Shown: positions 51,858 to 64,000 of the stretch, in pieces
How the letters are laid out: each line of letters starts with the position of its first letter
How positions within the stretch are numbered: the stretch's first letter is position 1
Assembly: GCA_965153285.1 (NCBI GenBank)
Contig: OZ229115.1
DNA length: 64,000 bases
Direction: 5' to 3' (one strand)
Source of the DNA: Podarcis tiliguerta
Taxonomy: Eukaryota
Notes under the pieces: model-generated
What the model was told of the DNA's origin: nothing
Seen by the model: the letters and a program-made list of their open reading frames with translations, nothing else
The model's database searches: none
Program-made: the position numbers and the translations under genes

Positions 51858-54800
51858 GTAAGCATTTCTGCCCATTCATTTCTATGCAATGTAAATCTTC
51901 CATGGAGAGACAGTGGAGTTTAGGGATCTCAGATGTCTCCGTATATGGGTATTTCATTCTGTTTTGTGGCCCAGAATGTTCACTCTGTAAGCCCAGGACA
52001 ATTGAACAAGAATGGGCTTCTGGGTTCTTTCCCTGTGTGAATAATAATTTAAAAAACCATTTTCGATCTCTGTGCAATGTAAGCATGCTTTAGAAAATCC
52101 TTGACAATGCACAGATCTTCTGTGGAGGCTCAAAGTATGGGTGAATTTCACTCTAGTGATGTCAAGAAAGGCTACCATTATGTCCACACCAATATTATTA
52201 CAATGATTGGGACTCTGCAGTTACAACGTCCCATCACATCTGCATCTTCTCAGTGTCACAGTCCACTTTTGTACCTGATAAATTAAATCCTTACCTATAA
52301 AAGCTGATGCCTCATTAAAACAGAGTCTCTGGCACATACGTATTGCTTTTCTATACACTTAGCTCTTCTGCACTTTCCTTGCTTGTAGTTATAGCCCCCT
52401 CCATTGCCTAAATGGTCTTCTGAGCAGTTTATAAGAATAGAAACCATTTTAAAGCAACTATCACATTGCAATGAGGGCTGTGTTTAATTTTGGACAGAAG
52501 GTCAAATCCAAATATGACTTTTTATTTTATCATTTTTGGAAAGCTACTTGCATTCCCACATTCGCCCCCTCCCCCCCCCCCCATCCCTTACAACAGGTAT
52601 GGGGAAGCTGTGACCCTCCAAATGTTGTTGCTGGATTCCAGCTCCCATTATCCCTGACCATTGGCCAAGCTGGTTGGGACTGATGGGAGTTGTAGTCCAG
52701 AAATACCCAGGGGGTCACAGAATCCCCATTATCATTCACTGTTCCCAGAGTTTCTATGTCCCATTCTAAGTAGCAGGCACTGCAGTAGAGAAGGGAAATA
52801 ACAAGCTCCACATTATCATGTAATGCATCTTCTTTAATTAAAATCACCCGGGAGATCTGCAAGGCAATGTGAATTGGCAGCAGCCACACATTTGTGATGC
52901 TATGTCGTTTAGCCCCAACACTAAAGCTATATCCAGGCATTTGCCTGAGCACGCAAAATGTTAAACCAGGGAAATGTTAAACTGCTGATGAGGGCAGGGG
53001 CATGCATGAACTTAAGTACCATCCCCAGTGTCCTCAGGCACAAGCAGGTTGTGCTTCAGATCTTTGCACGATTAGCATGAAGGTCTGAGAAACCTCCATA
53101 AGAGTGAGAATCCTGACTTACCACCATTTCTGATCATGGGGAGAGGTTCTGCTGACTGAACATGGCTAATGTGTGTGGCACTTCACAGAGCACAATAGCA
53201 CAGGTCCCAGCTGCCCCAAGGAACATACAATCTGAAATCCAACACAGGGGGAACGATAGGGGAAGGCAAGGCAATCATAAACAGAGAAGCAATGTGCAAC
53301 TCTTTCAAGTTACAGAATTTGGAAAAAGAAGAAAACAGACTATCAAAAATTGCTTAACAGTAGGAACAATGTTGGTCCAAAATAAATGTGATGTTTGACA
53401 CATTGCTTGCCCTTGCGTGGTTGATTTTTTTCCTCAACAAAAAGCTGAACTGGGGGACCTTGACATTATGGGCAGAGACCTTTAACCCTTTGCCCCCACC
53501 AGTTTCCCACTTGGAATTGTTCACCCCCCCACACCTGCTATTTGCAATAGGAAGAAACTCCTCCTTGACACTGATGGGAGTTTTCCTCCCATTGCAAAAG
53601 ACAGGCATGGGAAACAGTCTGATTTCAACCCCAGGCCATGGTGTGGACAAAGGGTTAACACTCCTGTGCCTCCCTGACATGGTCCAAATTCAGCTCTCCC
53701 TCCCCAAGTTCCCTATTTGTTAAAGAAAAATGAACCTGGCAAATGTTATGTCTAGTTTGGCTCCCCAATTCTAATGTTTCTGGGTAGAGGAGAGCTAAAA
53801 GCAAATGTTTAAACAAAAGAGACAGTGCTTCCTACAATTCCTTCTCTGCCTCCACATTAATTTCCCCCTTGTTTTGTACCGATGTGCACGATGACACCTG
53901 AAAAAAATGGTCAGAGAAAGGGAATCAGGCCCCGAAGATGTCCAATTTTGAATCACACCTTTTCAAAATGTTACCAGTGCAGCTAATTTACAAACAGCAA
54001 ACACACTTTTCGCCTTGGGAGGCACCGAGCTGCAGTGTTAATGTTTGAAAGACGTGCCCTGTTTGCAAAACAAGGAAGGGGCAATCCGTAGTCTCACCAA
54101 TCAAACAACAGAAAAACTAGGGGCTCTTTCCCCGGTAGCAGAGAAACAGCAAGGCTAGTCAAGAGCAAGGGGGAAGCTAACTGGCTTTGAGGCTCTGCGG
54201 TGTTATGCTGAAATTACAAATAAAGTAGCACGAAAGCACAATCATGCAAAGGTAATGTTGTGCAAAGAGAGAGAGGCAGATTGTGTTATATAGATCTGGG
54301 CAGCACCCTTTCAAATCATAGCAAACCACACTTCCCTCGACCTTATGGTGCAATTGGCTCGAAGCAGAATCCACGAATTTACTCTGGGGTTCTGGTCCCT
54401 AGCAACAATTTGTAGGCATGACAGCTGGTCAGGAAATAGAATATATGCTGCTGCTTCTTTTTTTACCTGATGAAAAATGTCGACCTTTTGTCTCTCTTCC
54501 TATTCAAGGAAGACATTTTATTTTAATCTTTTAGAAACTGGACGTTTTCCGGTTTCTGATGTGCTGTGCACACTGTGTCCATGGAAATGATGCACAGCCA
54601 AATGTGCAGCAGAATGGAAACAAAGCTCATCAACATTGGGTTCAAAAATAGCCAAAATAATAGTTCTGAACTCTCAGGTTCTTGGGGGGGGGGAGAGACT
54701 AAACACAGCAATTATTTAAAGAAATGGGTTTATTTAAGGGCACCATTTGAAATGAGTGAAGGTGGCTCCAAATGTTCCAACGAAGGATGGAAGTGCTAAT

Positions 54801-57540
54801 GTAAAAAGAAGATAATGGCAGCGGTTAAGTGGTTTGCAAATAAAGAGTACATGCAAAATAGTGATTTATTGCAATCTGTTGGTTCCCAGTAGCAATCGGA
54901 GGGGGTTGGAGGGGAGCACTAATTGGCACAAACCGTGCATTACAAACTAAATATGCAAATGACTGCTTTTTCTCCCACTGAATATACAGATACAGGTGCA
55001 GGAGTTCCAGGATCGTGGCAACAGCTCCACGAGAGAAGTAGGGACAATTACTAAAAGTATAACTTCCTCCCTGACATGCTCCCACTAGCCCAGTTTTTGT
55101 GTGACTTGATGAAGACTGGTTAGATTCTACTATTAGAGCAACAAAGGCTCAGTCTTCCTTTGCACCTGGCTGCTCAGTGCCAAATTAAACGCTGCATGTG
55201 TAAGTTTGTAACAAACTCCTAGTGGCCCTTTCATATCCACCCACCTGCAGAGAATGCAGCTTTGTGAAGTAATGATGTGGTGTTGGGGCCAATGGGTGCC
55301 TACCTCTTTCCTTGCCAGCCACCTCTCCACTCTACATTGACCTCCAAACTACTTTATCATCTGTAGGATTTCAAAGGGGTATTTGCCCCTGCAAATATGC
55401 ATTGGGAGCCTTATGGTAGGATCACAAAAAAAAATCTGCTTTATATATTCAGACCATTGATCCCTCTAGTTCAGTATTGTCCACATTGGAAACAGTTCTT
55501 CAATGTTTCAGAGAGTTGTGAGCAGGGCTGGGCAGCCCATAAGGTAGCCTGAGGCAGCTGCCCTGGTGGCAGAATCTGCCCCACAGATGCCCCATCTGCC
55601 CCTGCTGTCGCTGGAGAAGTGAGGAGAAGAGGCAGCAGCTTCTGGTGAGATCTCGTGAGATCTTGTGGAACTCTCATGAGAATTTGCCGGAAGCCACCAC
55701 CATGCAATCCTGGTAAGAAAGGCTTTGATGGGGGAGGAGGGGGAGTGCCTCAGGTGGTGAAATGGGATGGGTCTCCCCTGTAGTGGGGGATTTAATGTGG
55801 GATAGTTCCATGTAGGCAGCTTGCTATAACAGAAACTGACAGCAGGCTGAGATTTTTTAGACCTTTGACTCCGGACTGCTTCTCCTAGGCTCTGCCCCTA
55901 TGTGGAGAACTTCACATTCTTAAAGGCTGAACCCTCTGGCTTGAAGAAAGATGCTTCTCTTCCATTTTATGCCCTCCTGTCTGATGTGTGCTCTGCACTG
56001 CTGGACCAGTGAGGTAGTGTGGGAGGCATTTGGTTCCTCAGGCTCATGGGAAGGTGCCCTTGAGGATTCTGGCTCTGGTTCTACAAGCCCTGGTGTAATG
56101 AAAGGCTCTTCTGGGGACTTCTAGTGGTCTCCTGATGTTGAGCAGTCTATTTAGAACCCTGCTCCTTGATCTAGCTCCTTAGCTGGTGCCTCTGCAACCT
56201 CCAGTTCTGTGTCTGAATTGCTGCTGGATTCAGGGATCATAACACCTTGTGCATCTGTAGCCATGCAGTTGTTGTGACACAATTTCCTTTATTATTCTGC
56301 ATTTGAACATGTGATCTGGACCAGTATCTATATCAGGGATGGAAAACCTGTGGTCCTCTAGATATTGTTGGACACTCCCGTTATCCCCAACTAATGACCA
56401 TGCTGACTGGGGCAGATGAGAGTTAGAGGTCTGCAACATCAGATAGGTGTGAGATCAAGATTCCTGGGTGCAATGAAAATTTTGGATTTTTGATGTACTA
56501 AATTAAAGTACTCCCTGAAAACTCCACAGAGGAATCTCATATAAATGGCACCATGCTCAGTTCTTTTTCATCTTCCATGCCCTAATACATCTGGGTAATA
56601 AATGCACCAGAAGAATTAGTTTTTAGGTGCTGTACAATATTGGTTTCAGATCCTGCACAATTTTATTGGTACATAAAGGCTTGGTTTAGAATTAAATCTG
56701 ACCCAAGAGCAGTACTTGAATAATGCCAAAAGCACTTTAAAAAAAATTAATTAAGTCTCAGGATAAAAATGAGCAAAGCTTCTAAGTACTTGGACCATGC
56801 TTCATTAAATTTGTTCAACAAAGAGCATTTAATAATTAAAAGGCTCTTGAATGTTTACATAAATCCTCCTTGTGATGTGGTATTGCTGTCCAGTCAAGTC
56901 GAAAACCGGTTTACAGCAGCCCCTTAAAGTCAGGCTCCCATAGAGTGAGAGTGACAAACCATGTTCTTAGCTCTGTACAACCTATCAAGGTTTATTAAGG
57001 AGCTCAGTGCACCAATGGGAATTGACCAGATGAGCTTATTAGGTCTCTTATAAGATTAGGGACTGTGACACAGCTGTCTGATTCTTTTCTTCCCCTCTGT
57101 GAGGCTTATGGAGGAAAAGAAAAAAAAGGGGGGAATTATAATAATACTAATAGGGAAAGCAATATGTTTCTCTGCCAAAACCAGTAGAGCTTTCTCATCA
57201 GGGGACAAATGGTAAGGAGGAAAGATGCAAAACCCTCATGCACATTCCCGTACTTGAATGACTAGATTTCTGAAACACAGCTATAAATCTACAGCATAGC
57301 TAGCAACATTGAACAGCAATTTAAAACTCCTGGAGATTCGGTTATAAATGCAGTAGGTTTTTTCCTTATAACAAGCCAGTGGTGTTGGTCAACTGTTATA
57401 AAAGCTTCCTGTCAATACCCCCTGGGTCTTGATGTAATCTGGTAGCTAGAGAAGAAAACACAACCAAGGTCTCCCCAAGTCCTTGTTTCAGCTCAGGACA
57501 ATGCATCAGTTCACATGAAACACAATTTCATAATTCCATA

Positions 57541-57600
57541 GAAGAAGAAGAAGAAGAAGAAGAAGAAGAAGAAGAAGAAGAAGAAGAAGAAGAAGAAGAA
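57541..57600. repeat. (GAA)20 pure trinucleotide repeat
   Basis: Seen directly. Confidence 0.97.
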
Positions 57601-59110
57601 AGTCAGCATTCTGATGTGCCAGCGAGCACAGGTCAGCTTTCTCAAATGGATCTTGAGATGCTGCCCACAGGTGTTGGGAATAATGGCACCAAGATGCAGG
57701 AAGAGGTAACACAGGAGCACACAAGCCCCACAAGCACAGAAGTGGAAATGGCTGTGTGTGAATCCACTTGGCATGTGAGCAAAGAAGGTTGTCTGGGTTG
57801 TGTTCCAGAACTTTGCATCTTGAGTCATCCAGTTGCCATTTCCTGAGGAGCATGAATTTGAATGCTACAAAAACAGTGCACTCCTGTGTGTATATATACT
57901 CAGAAGTAAGCCCCCGTTCAGTTTGATGTGGTTTATTATTGAGTGAGTATAGGATTGCAGCTTTAGGCTCTCAAACTATTAGAAGAAGTCCAGAGTCAAT
58001 TCCCCTACCTATACAGTTGCTCTGATGACTTACTTTCTGGAATATGAATGGCCACTGAGAAAAGAGGTGGGTTTTTTATTAGGCAAAAGATGTAGTTCCA
58101 GATACACTTTACTGCATCACATTCCTGCTTCATTATCTCAATTCTAGCAAGCAAAGTCCTAAGCAATATAATAGCAGTTTCAGATGGTGTGCAGTTTTGC
58201 CTGTAAATTGCAGATTTATGAACGCTTTTCAGCTGACTTGCTGAATAACTAATAAGTGCTTATTAATCATCAGCCATCAGATCATATTTTGCTCTCCCTA
58301 TATAGTGCTTTCCATGTTCTAAACAGGGAACCAGCTTTCTATTTCATCTTTTAGAGCAAGGGCAGGGGACCTGTAGCCCCGCCCCCCAGACATTTTTGAA
58401 TTCCAGCTCCCATCAACCCTGCCCATTGGCCACACTGTCTGGGGTTGAAGGAATTTAGAGTTCCACATGAAAAGAGCCACAGGTTCCCCATTCCTGCTGA
58501 AGAGTCCAGCTTACCAAACACTTCTTTGTTGTATTATGCTGCGTTACATGGCTATTCTGACTAACGTATTTAACAGAGGAGGGGTGGTAATATTTTTAAG
58601 CACTTTCCATTTTGTTCTTACTGGGTGTTATATTTCAGCTTGCTGTGACCTGTCCCTAGATTATGTGTGATGAAGAGTGAGATAGAAATCCCATAAATAA
58701 AAATAAAATAATCTGGTGTTTGGCCCAATGTTGCCAAACTATAACTCTTACCAAACCTGGCCATTGGTCATGTTTGCTGGGGCTGGTGGAAGTTGTAGTA
58801 GAGTGGCATTGGGATGTTCAAAGGTTTCACATTCCTGGTATAGAGGACTGGAAAACCTATAGTGGGACGCATGGACATCACTTTTGTGCAAGATTCTTTG
58901 CAGCTCTGGCTGATTGAGCTGCCACAATCATGTCCAGCTGAACTCGCCAGAGAGTGCTGCTCAGCCTTAACTGTGACCATAATTTCTGGCATGTAGATTC
59001 TCATGGTGGAAAAGACCACCAAACCTGGATTGGAAAATCACATGTGGTATCTGGCAAGTCTATGGCCAATCACGTGTATTTTTATTTATTTATTTTTGTC
59101 ATGCTCTAGG

Positions 59111-59227
59111 ATGGTTCCAAGAAAGGTGGTGGTAACTCTTCTGTTCCTCTACATGGTAGCCATGCTGGCTAAACAGAGTGAAGGGTATCTCGCCTTCTAC
59201 ACTCCTGATGACTTCAGAAAAATGCAG
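59111..59227 (+). CDS. MLN: Prepromotilin, first coding exon (signal peptide + motilin 1-14)
   Basis: CTAG|G ATG acceptor; MVPRKVVVTLLFLYMVAMLAKQSEG signal peptide, then YLAFYTPDDFRKMQ (cf. human FVPIFTYGELQRMQ); CAG|GTTGGT donor, phase 0, 117 bp. Confidence 0.95.
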
Positions 59228-60154
59228 GTTGGTATCTGGAAAACAGTGTGCCAGTGTTCAGGAATGCCACAACTCAATGTTAACATGCATGATTTGTATA
59301 CAAAAGGTCCCAGGTTCAGTCTTGGGCATCTCCAGACAGGGCTGGAATAAAGTTCCTGTCTGAATCATCAGAAAGCTACTGCCAGTCTACTGAGCTTCAT
59401 ATATTCCTATGACAGAATTAGAAAGAGTACTGGGAAGTCTTATATGCTCACCATTCTGCAACTGTTTCTCCACCTCCTGCTTGGCATGATCCATGGTGAT
59501 GTCCACCACCAATGGAAGTTCTGGCCCAAGCCCACAGGAGTTCAATAAGCCCAGGAACAGACAGAAAAGTAAGGCAAGGTCAGGACCCTGGATAAGGGTG
59601 AAGCTGCTGGTTCAGAACCATGGACAGAAAATGCAAGCTGTCTCAGCAGTGTTTTAGAGCAGCTGGCAAAGTTCTACAATCTGACCAGCGTAGTCCATGA
59701 GTGCCAGATCTTGCCAGTTAAAATGCCAGTGCCTTTTGCTGCAGCTGTTGGCTTTTTCTAGGCAGTGGGGTTTCAAGCTGTGGGGACTGCTTTGGAGAAA
59801 GCTCATTGGGGCTCTCCTGATCCTCAGAAGAGCCTGTGATCCAGTAATCAGAGTAATGTAGCAGTGATATCTTCTCGGGGTTCAAGGAATTAGATGAGGA
59901 CCCCAGTGCCATCGGACTTAAATTCAAAGGACCATGGAGTGGAACAAGCTTCTCCTTGGAAATGATGTTGTAGGAAGTCTTTGCATCTGAAGAATTTTGG
60001 TTCAGGGCAGTGACACTGCTCAAGCAGTGAGCTTTAGCCAGATTTTGTTGACAGAGATGCTATGACCAGTTGCTATTGCCTGTCACCATTGTTATATTCA
60101 TATATGACCCACCCCAAAGTGCCATTCTTAATATCTCTTGTCGTTTGGCCCTAG

Positions 60155-60259
60155 GAGAAAGAGAGGAACCGAGCACAGAAGAAATCTCTGACTTTGCAGC
60201 AGCAATCAGACACAGGAGATTTTCCTGAGCTTTCAGAAGATGAAGGACGGATCATCAAG
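60155..60259 (+). CDS. MLN: Prepromotilin, second coding exon (motilin 15-22, KK site, start of MAP)
   Basis: CTAG| acceptor; EKERNRAQ-KK-SLTLQQQSDTGDFPELSEDEGRIIK; AAG|GTAAAT donor; matches the EKERNKGQKKSL motif of motilin precursors. Confidence 0.95.
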
Positions 60260-60279
60260 GTAAATTATGCTCCAAATTA

Positions 60280-60490
60280 TGTCAGCCATTACACTGATGA
60301 CACCCAGCTCTATTTCTCTTTTGCACCTTAATTATGAGAGGCCATGACTTTTTTAAAACAGTGCCTAGATGCAGTGGTGGGCTGGATGAGATTGAATCCT
60401 GGTAAGACAGAGACTATATAAGTGAGTCTGTGGACTACAACTGGGATTGGACCGGAAGCTACAGATGGTGCAGAATGCTGCAGCCAAGTT
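60280..60490 (+). mobile_element. L2-clade RT fragment just downstream of an MLN exon
   Basis: CATTACACTGATGACACCCAGCTCTAT = HYTDDTQLY (YADD box), then L.LNPGKTE. Confidence 0.7.
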
Positions 60491-63147
60491 GCTGAATGAA
60501 GCACATAGATGTGCACATATGATACCTGTACTGGGGGGGGGGGGGTCCAAACTTAGTTGAATACCATTCATGAACTTTTTGTCCTGGCTTTCCCTGACCC
60601 ATAAGGTTATACTCTGTTTTATGTGATTCAGTTCCCTTGATTTTTGTGTTATTTGCTTTTCTGTGGTTTAGGCTGCTACATTTTAATGATATTGCTTGTT
60701 TCTTGTATACCACTTAGAGATTTTAAAAGTATTAAGTGGCTTACAAATGCTTACAAACAAACAAGAAAGGTACAGGCAGGTAGTTCTTCTAACATATAAG
60801 ACAAAGCATCATACTGATTAGGAGGTTAAATACTGATGAAGAGGCAAGCTTATTTCAATTCTCATTGGGCAGAATCTCTGCTTTCATTGGTAAAAATTCA
60901 CTGTTGTCCTCACTTCTCTGTAACTTTTTATTATTCATTTGTATCATCCATCCATCCATCCTTTCAATGCCTTGCAAGATTCCAAGGGAATCTGTGGGAC
61001 AATCAATTTCAACAAATGCTCTTATTACATCAAACTCTTATAAGAATTTTAAGGTCATATATATATATAAATGTTCATAACTGTATATATAAACCACATG
61101 TCTGAAACCCCACAGATTAGGTCCTGAACAAATTGACCTCAAATATTTCTCTGCAAGGTCAGAGTGGGAAACCTCCCCATTGTGGGAAACCTCCCTCACA
61201 AATCCTGTTTTAAGGGCATATTCAAGATATGAACAGGGTGTGAGCCTGTGACCCGTGACCTAGGTTCAGGAATTAAGTAGTTATAATAACAAAAGAGTGG
61301 CCAAAACCCAGATAATGCAATCAGGTAACTTGTCAGACAGGAGATAAAAAAATGCACTCGGATTTCTGTTGTAGACCGCCTTTTCTATAATGTAGGTATG
61401 ATGTATCTGGGGGGGGGTCTTGGACTCCAGGGCGGGCAATTTAAAATGTCTATAGAAGGGCTTGCACGCGTGGCTCTGGGGCCTCCTCCTGTTGTATGTG
61501 GGGGAGCACAATGTTGCAAAGATCAGAACCTACAAAAGGACTCCATATGGGCTCTTGGGTACCCCATAAGGGAAAAGGAGCAGCTTTTTTACTTGTATCA
61601 AAACTATCACTTAGTCCCTAGAATGGCACTAGAGCTGAATGAAAGAGAAATTATCAAAAATCACAAGAAAAATATGACTGTTATTTTCCTCTTATTCAAA
61701 TACAGGTCCCTGAGATTATTTATATGAAGTTGACTAATTTCCTTAAACAATCTAAATGAAAGTAGGGAAATGGCTTGAGAGCAGTCTGAAATACCAGTTT
61801 ATATTTGTTGAAATATTGTGCCTACGTAAAAGGTGTGTGCTTTAATGTGTTCTGTACAGCTGAAATCCTAACAGGATGTGATACAGTCAAGTCACACATA
61901 CAAATTGGTCTTTTTAAGAATTACAAAGCTACAAAGGTTTCAGGAGCTGTCCTGCCTAGCTACTATTGTGAATTACAACTTGGCTTAGGAAATTGTCTCC
62001 CCCAACCACCAGCTTACTGATTAACTGCAACACTTACTTCAGATCTATAGTTTATGCATCTCTCATCTACTTCATTGTTTAGTCTCCTTCATAATCTTTA
62101 ATATACTTTATGTTCATATTGTGATGTGAAGTTTCCACTAACTCTTCCAGAAGCAACACTATGTTAATGGCAAGCCTCAAAAATGTAAACAGGTGTCTTG
62201 AGCTCCAAGGCCAAATTTACCTCCACATCCCTCTCACTGATCTTACTGCAAGCAAAGGTGTTCTGAAAATGGAAATGGTTGTGGCTCAGGAGTAGAGCAG
62301 AAAGTTGCAGGTTTAATCCTTGATGTTTTCAGGTGGGGCTGGGAGAAACCCCTACCTAAAGCCATGAATAGATGCTTTCAGCCAGTGTGGACAATACCAA
62401 AGTGATGGACCAGTGGTCTAACTCAGGATAATGTGGCTTCCCATGTCCCTAAAGTATAGGTACTACCCTCTATTCAATATTGGCAAGCCTCAGTAGATGA
62501 AGACTTTTTTGTAGTTGAGTAATTTTATAAATTAAGCTTGTCCAACCACTCAAGACCTGTGATCAAGTTCCCATCCATCTCAGATTTACCACACCAAAAT
62601 CTTCATTCTTCTAATCCATCTAGCTGGATTGCCTATTGGAAGTGCTTTAAAATCATGAAACTGGGTAGCATAACTAAATATGGAGTTTATATTATTTAAG
62701 TTTGCTCCCAGAAGTCTTATCCTGCAGTTCTGTATTTCAGGAATTTGTCTGCATCCATGCAGACCGGATATTTCTTTATGTGACATTCTTGACATATTTT
62801 AATTTAAGGCCTATGGTTCAACCACAATCCAGGTCAGAGTTCTACTGATTTCACATGGTGCTGCTCATGGTGTACTGGACTGCAGCGTTCAGCTTTTAAA
62901 AACTTGATAAATTGTCAAGACTTACAAGATGAGAAACAACTGGCATTGGCTTTTGTAACCTCCCTTTCAATGAGCAACTTAACCCTGCTCCACAGGTCAC
63001 AAAGTCAAATGCTAAAATACTGGATCAGGAAATACCTTTAAGCAATAACAAATGATCCAACACTAATGATTCCTTCAGCGTGTGTGAGGCAGAAAGTTGT
63101 GGAAACATTGCTTTTTCCTTGCATGTTAACCCTGCTTTTCTTCACAG

Positions 63148-63253
63148 CTGATTGCTCCAGTAGAAATAGGAATACATCTGTCCAAACAGCTGGAAAAATA
63201 TCAAGATGTCCTGAAGGAACTCCTAACAGAGATGTTACCCGATACTCAGAATG
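63148..63253 (+). CDS. MLN: Prepromotilin, third coding exon (motilin-associated peptide); final exon lies beyond the window
   Basis: CACAG| acceptor; LIAPVEIGIHLSKQLEKYQDVLKELLTEMLPDTQN resembles human LTAPLEIGMRMNSRQLEKY...LLSEML; G|GTACGA phase-1 donor, no stop in the exon. Confidence 0.92.
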
Positions 63254-63639
63254 GTACGATATTATCTGTCTCTCCCTTTCCTTGGAAGTCCTCGGCGCAG
63301 AAATTCCAGGAATAGCTTTTGTGTCGTGTTGACTCGTTTTTAGAAAGCTCCTGACCAAAGACCATAAATCCTTCTTCTATCAGCAGTGATTGCAGTCAAG
63401 AAAAAGTACACCCCAGCCACATTTTTCATTGGCACAATGCTTCCCCACTTAGGCCTCATCCACGTGGCCTTTTGTCCTACTGCTTTCCTCCAGGGAAAAC
63501 CACTCCTTTGGCATTCAATCAGAGCAAACAGCAATATGGGTATCCACTCGATTGACATTTGCTCCAATTTAGCACTAAAGATCAAGTTTTCCTTGAGTAA
63601 AGGAGTGGGGCAAGGGGGAAACCACTCAGACCCATGCCT

Positions 63640-64000
63640 AGGTAAAAGGTAAAGTAGAGGACCCCTGGATGGTTAAGTCCAGTCAAAGGCGACTATGGGG
63701 TTGCAGCGCTCATCTCGTTTTCTGGCCAAGGGAGCCGGTGTATGTCCACAGACAGTTTTCCGGGTCATGTGGCCAGCATGACTAAACCACTACTGGAGGA
63801 CCATGACGAGTGCCAGAGAGCATGGAAACACTGTTTACCTTCCCGCCACAGTGGTATCTACTTGCACTAGTATGCTTTCAAACTGCTAGGTTGGCAGGAG
63901 CTGGGACAGAGCAATGGGAGCTCACCCCGTCATGGGCATTCAAACCGGGGATTCAGCAAGCCCAAAAGACTCAGTGGTTTAGACCACAGTGCAACCTGCG
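63640..64000 (-). mobile_element. Sauria SINE (Squam1-like)
   Basis: AGGTAAAAGGTAAAG is the reverse of the (ACCTTT)n tail; internal GGTCATGTGGCCAGCATGACT hairpin; tRNA-like head at the window end. Confidence 0.85.

Noticed and set aside
57005-57217. Alternative MLN exon 1 (CCAAT, TATAAG, donor ATG|GTAAGG)
   Set aside because: Weaker TATA and would add upstream ATGs; the 51762-51857 candidate fits better, though this one is not excluded.

Overview
Vertebrate (squamate, most likely lacertid lizard, judged from the SINE families present) genomic DNA, not microbial. It holds two protein-coding genes arranged head-to-head. (1) A complete, intact 5-exon green cone opsin RH2 on the minus strand (CDS exons 24918-24558, 18905-18737, 14238-14073, 12688-12449, 11920-11789; 1068 nt, 355 aa; Q122, P189, E113, K296). 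(2) Motilin (MLN) on the plus strand (coding exons 59111-59227, 60155-60259, 63148-63253; last exon beyond the window), with predicted mature peptide YLAFYTPDDFRKMQEKERNRAQ and a candidate TATA-driven non-coding exon 1 near 51790-51857. The rest is intronic/intergenic DNA rich in SINEs, L2-like LINE fragments, hAT and Tc1/pogo MITEs, microsatellites and one 168-nt assembly gap. Most notable unannotated signals: a dense cluster of CRX/OTX (K50) sites in RH2 intron 1 (candidate green-cone enhancer), a distal minus-strand 3' end with two Pumilio elements suggesting a ~3.3 kb RH2 3'UTR, a 37-codon uORF in the RH2 leader, and a Ty1/copia pol fragment split by a young SINE. I see no evidence for a wholly new gene system; the novelty candidates are regulatory.
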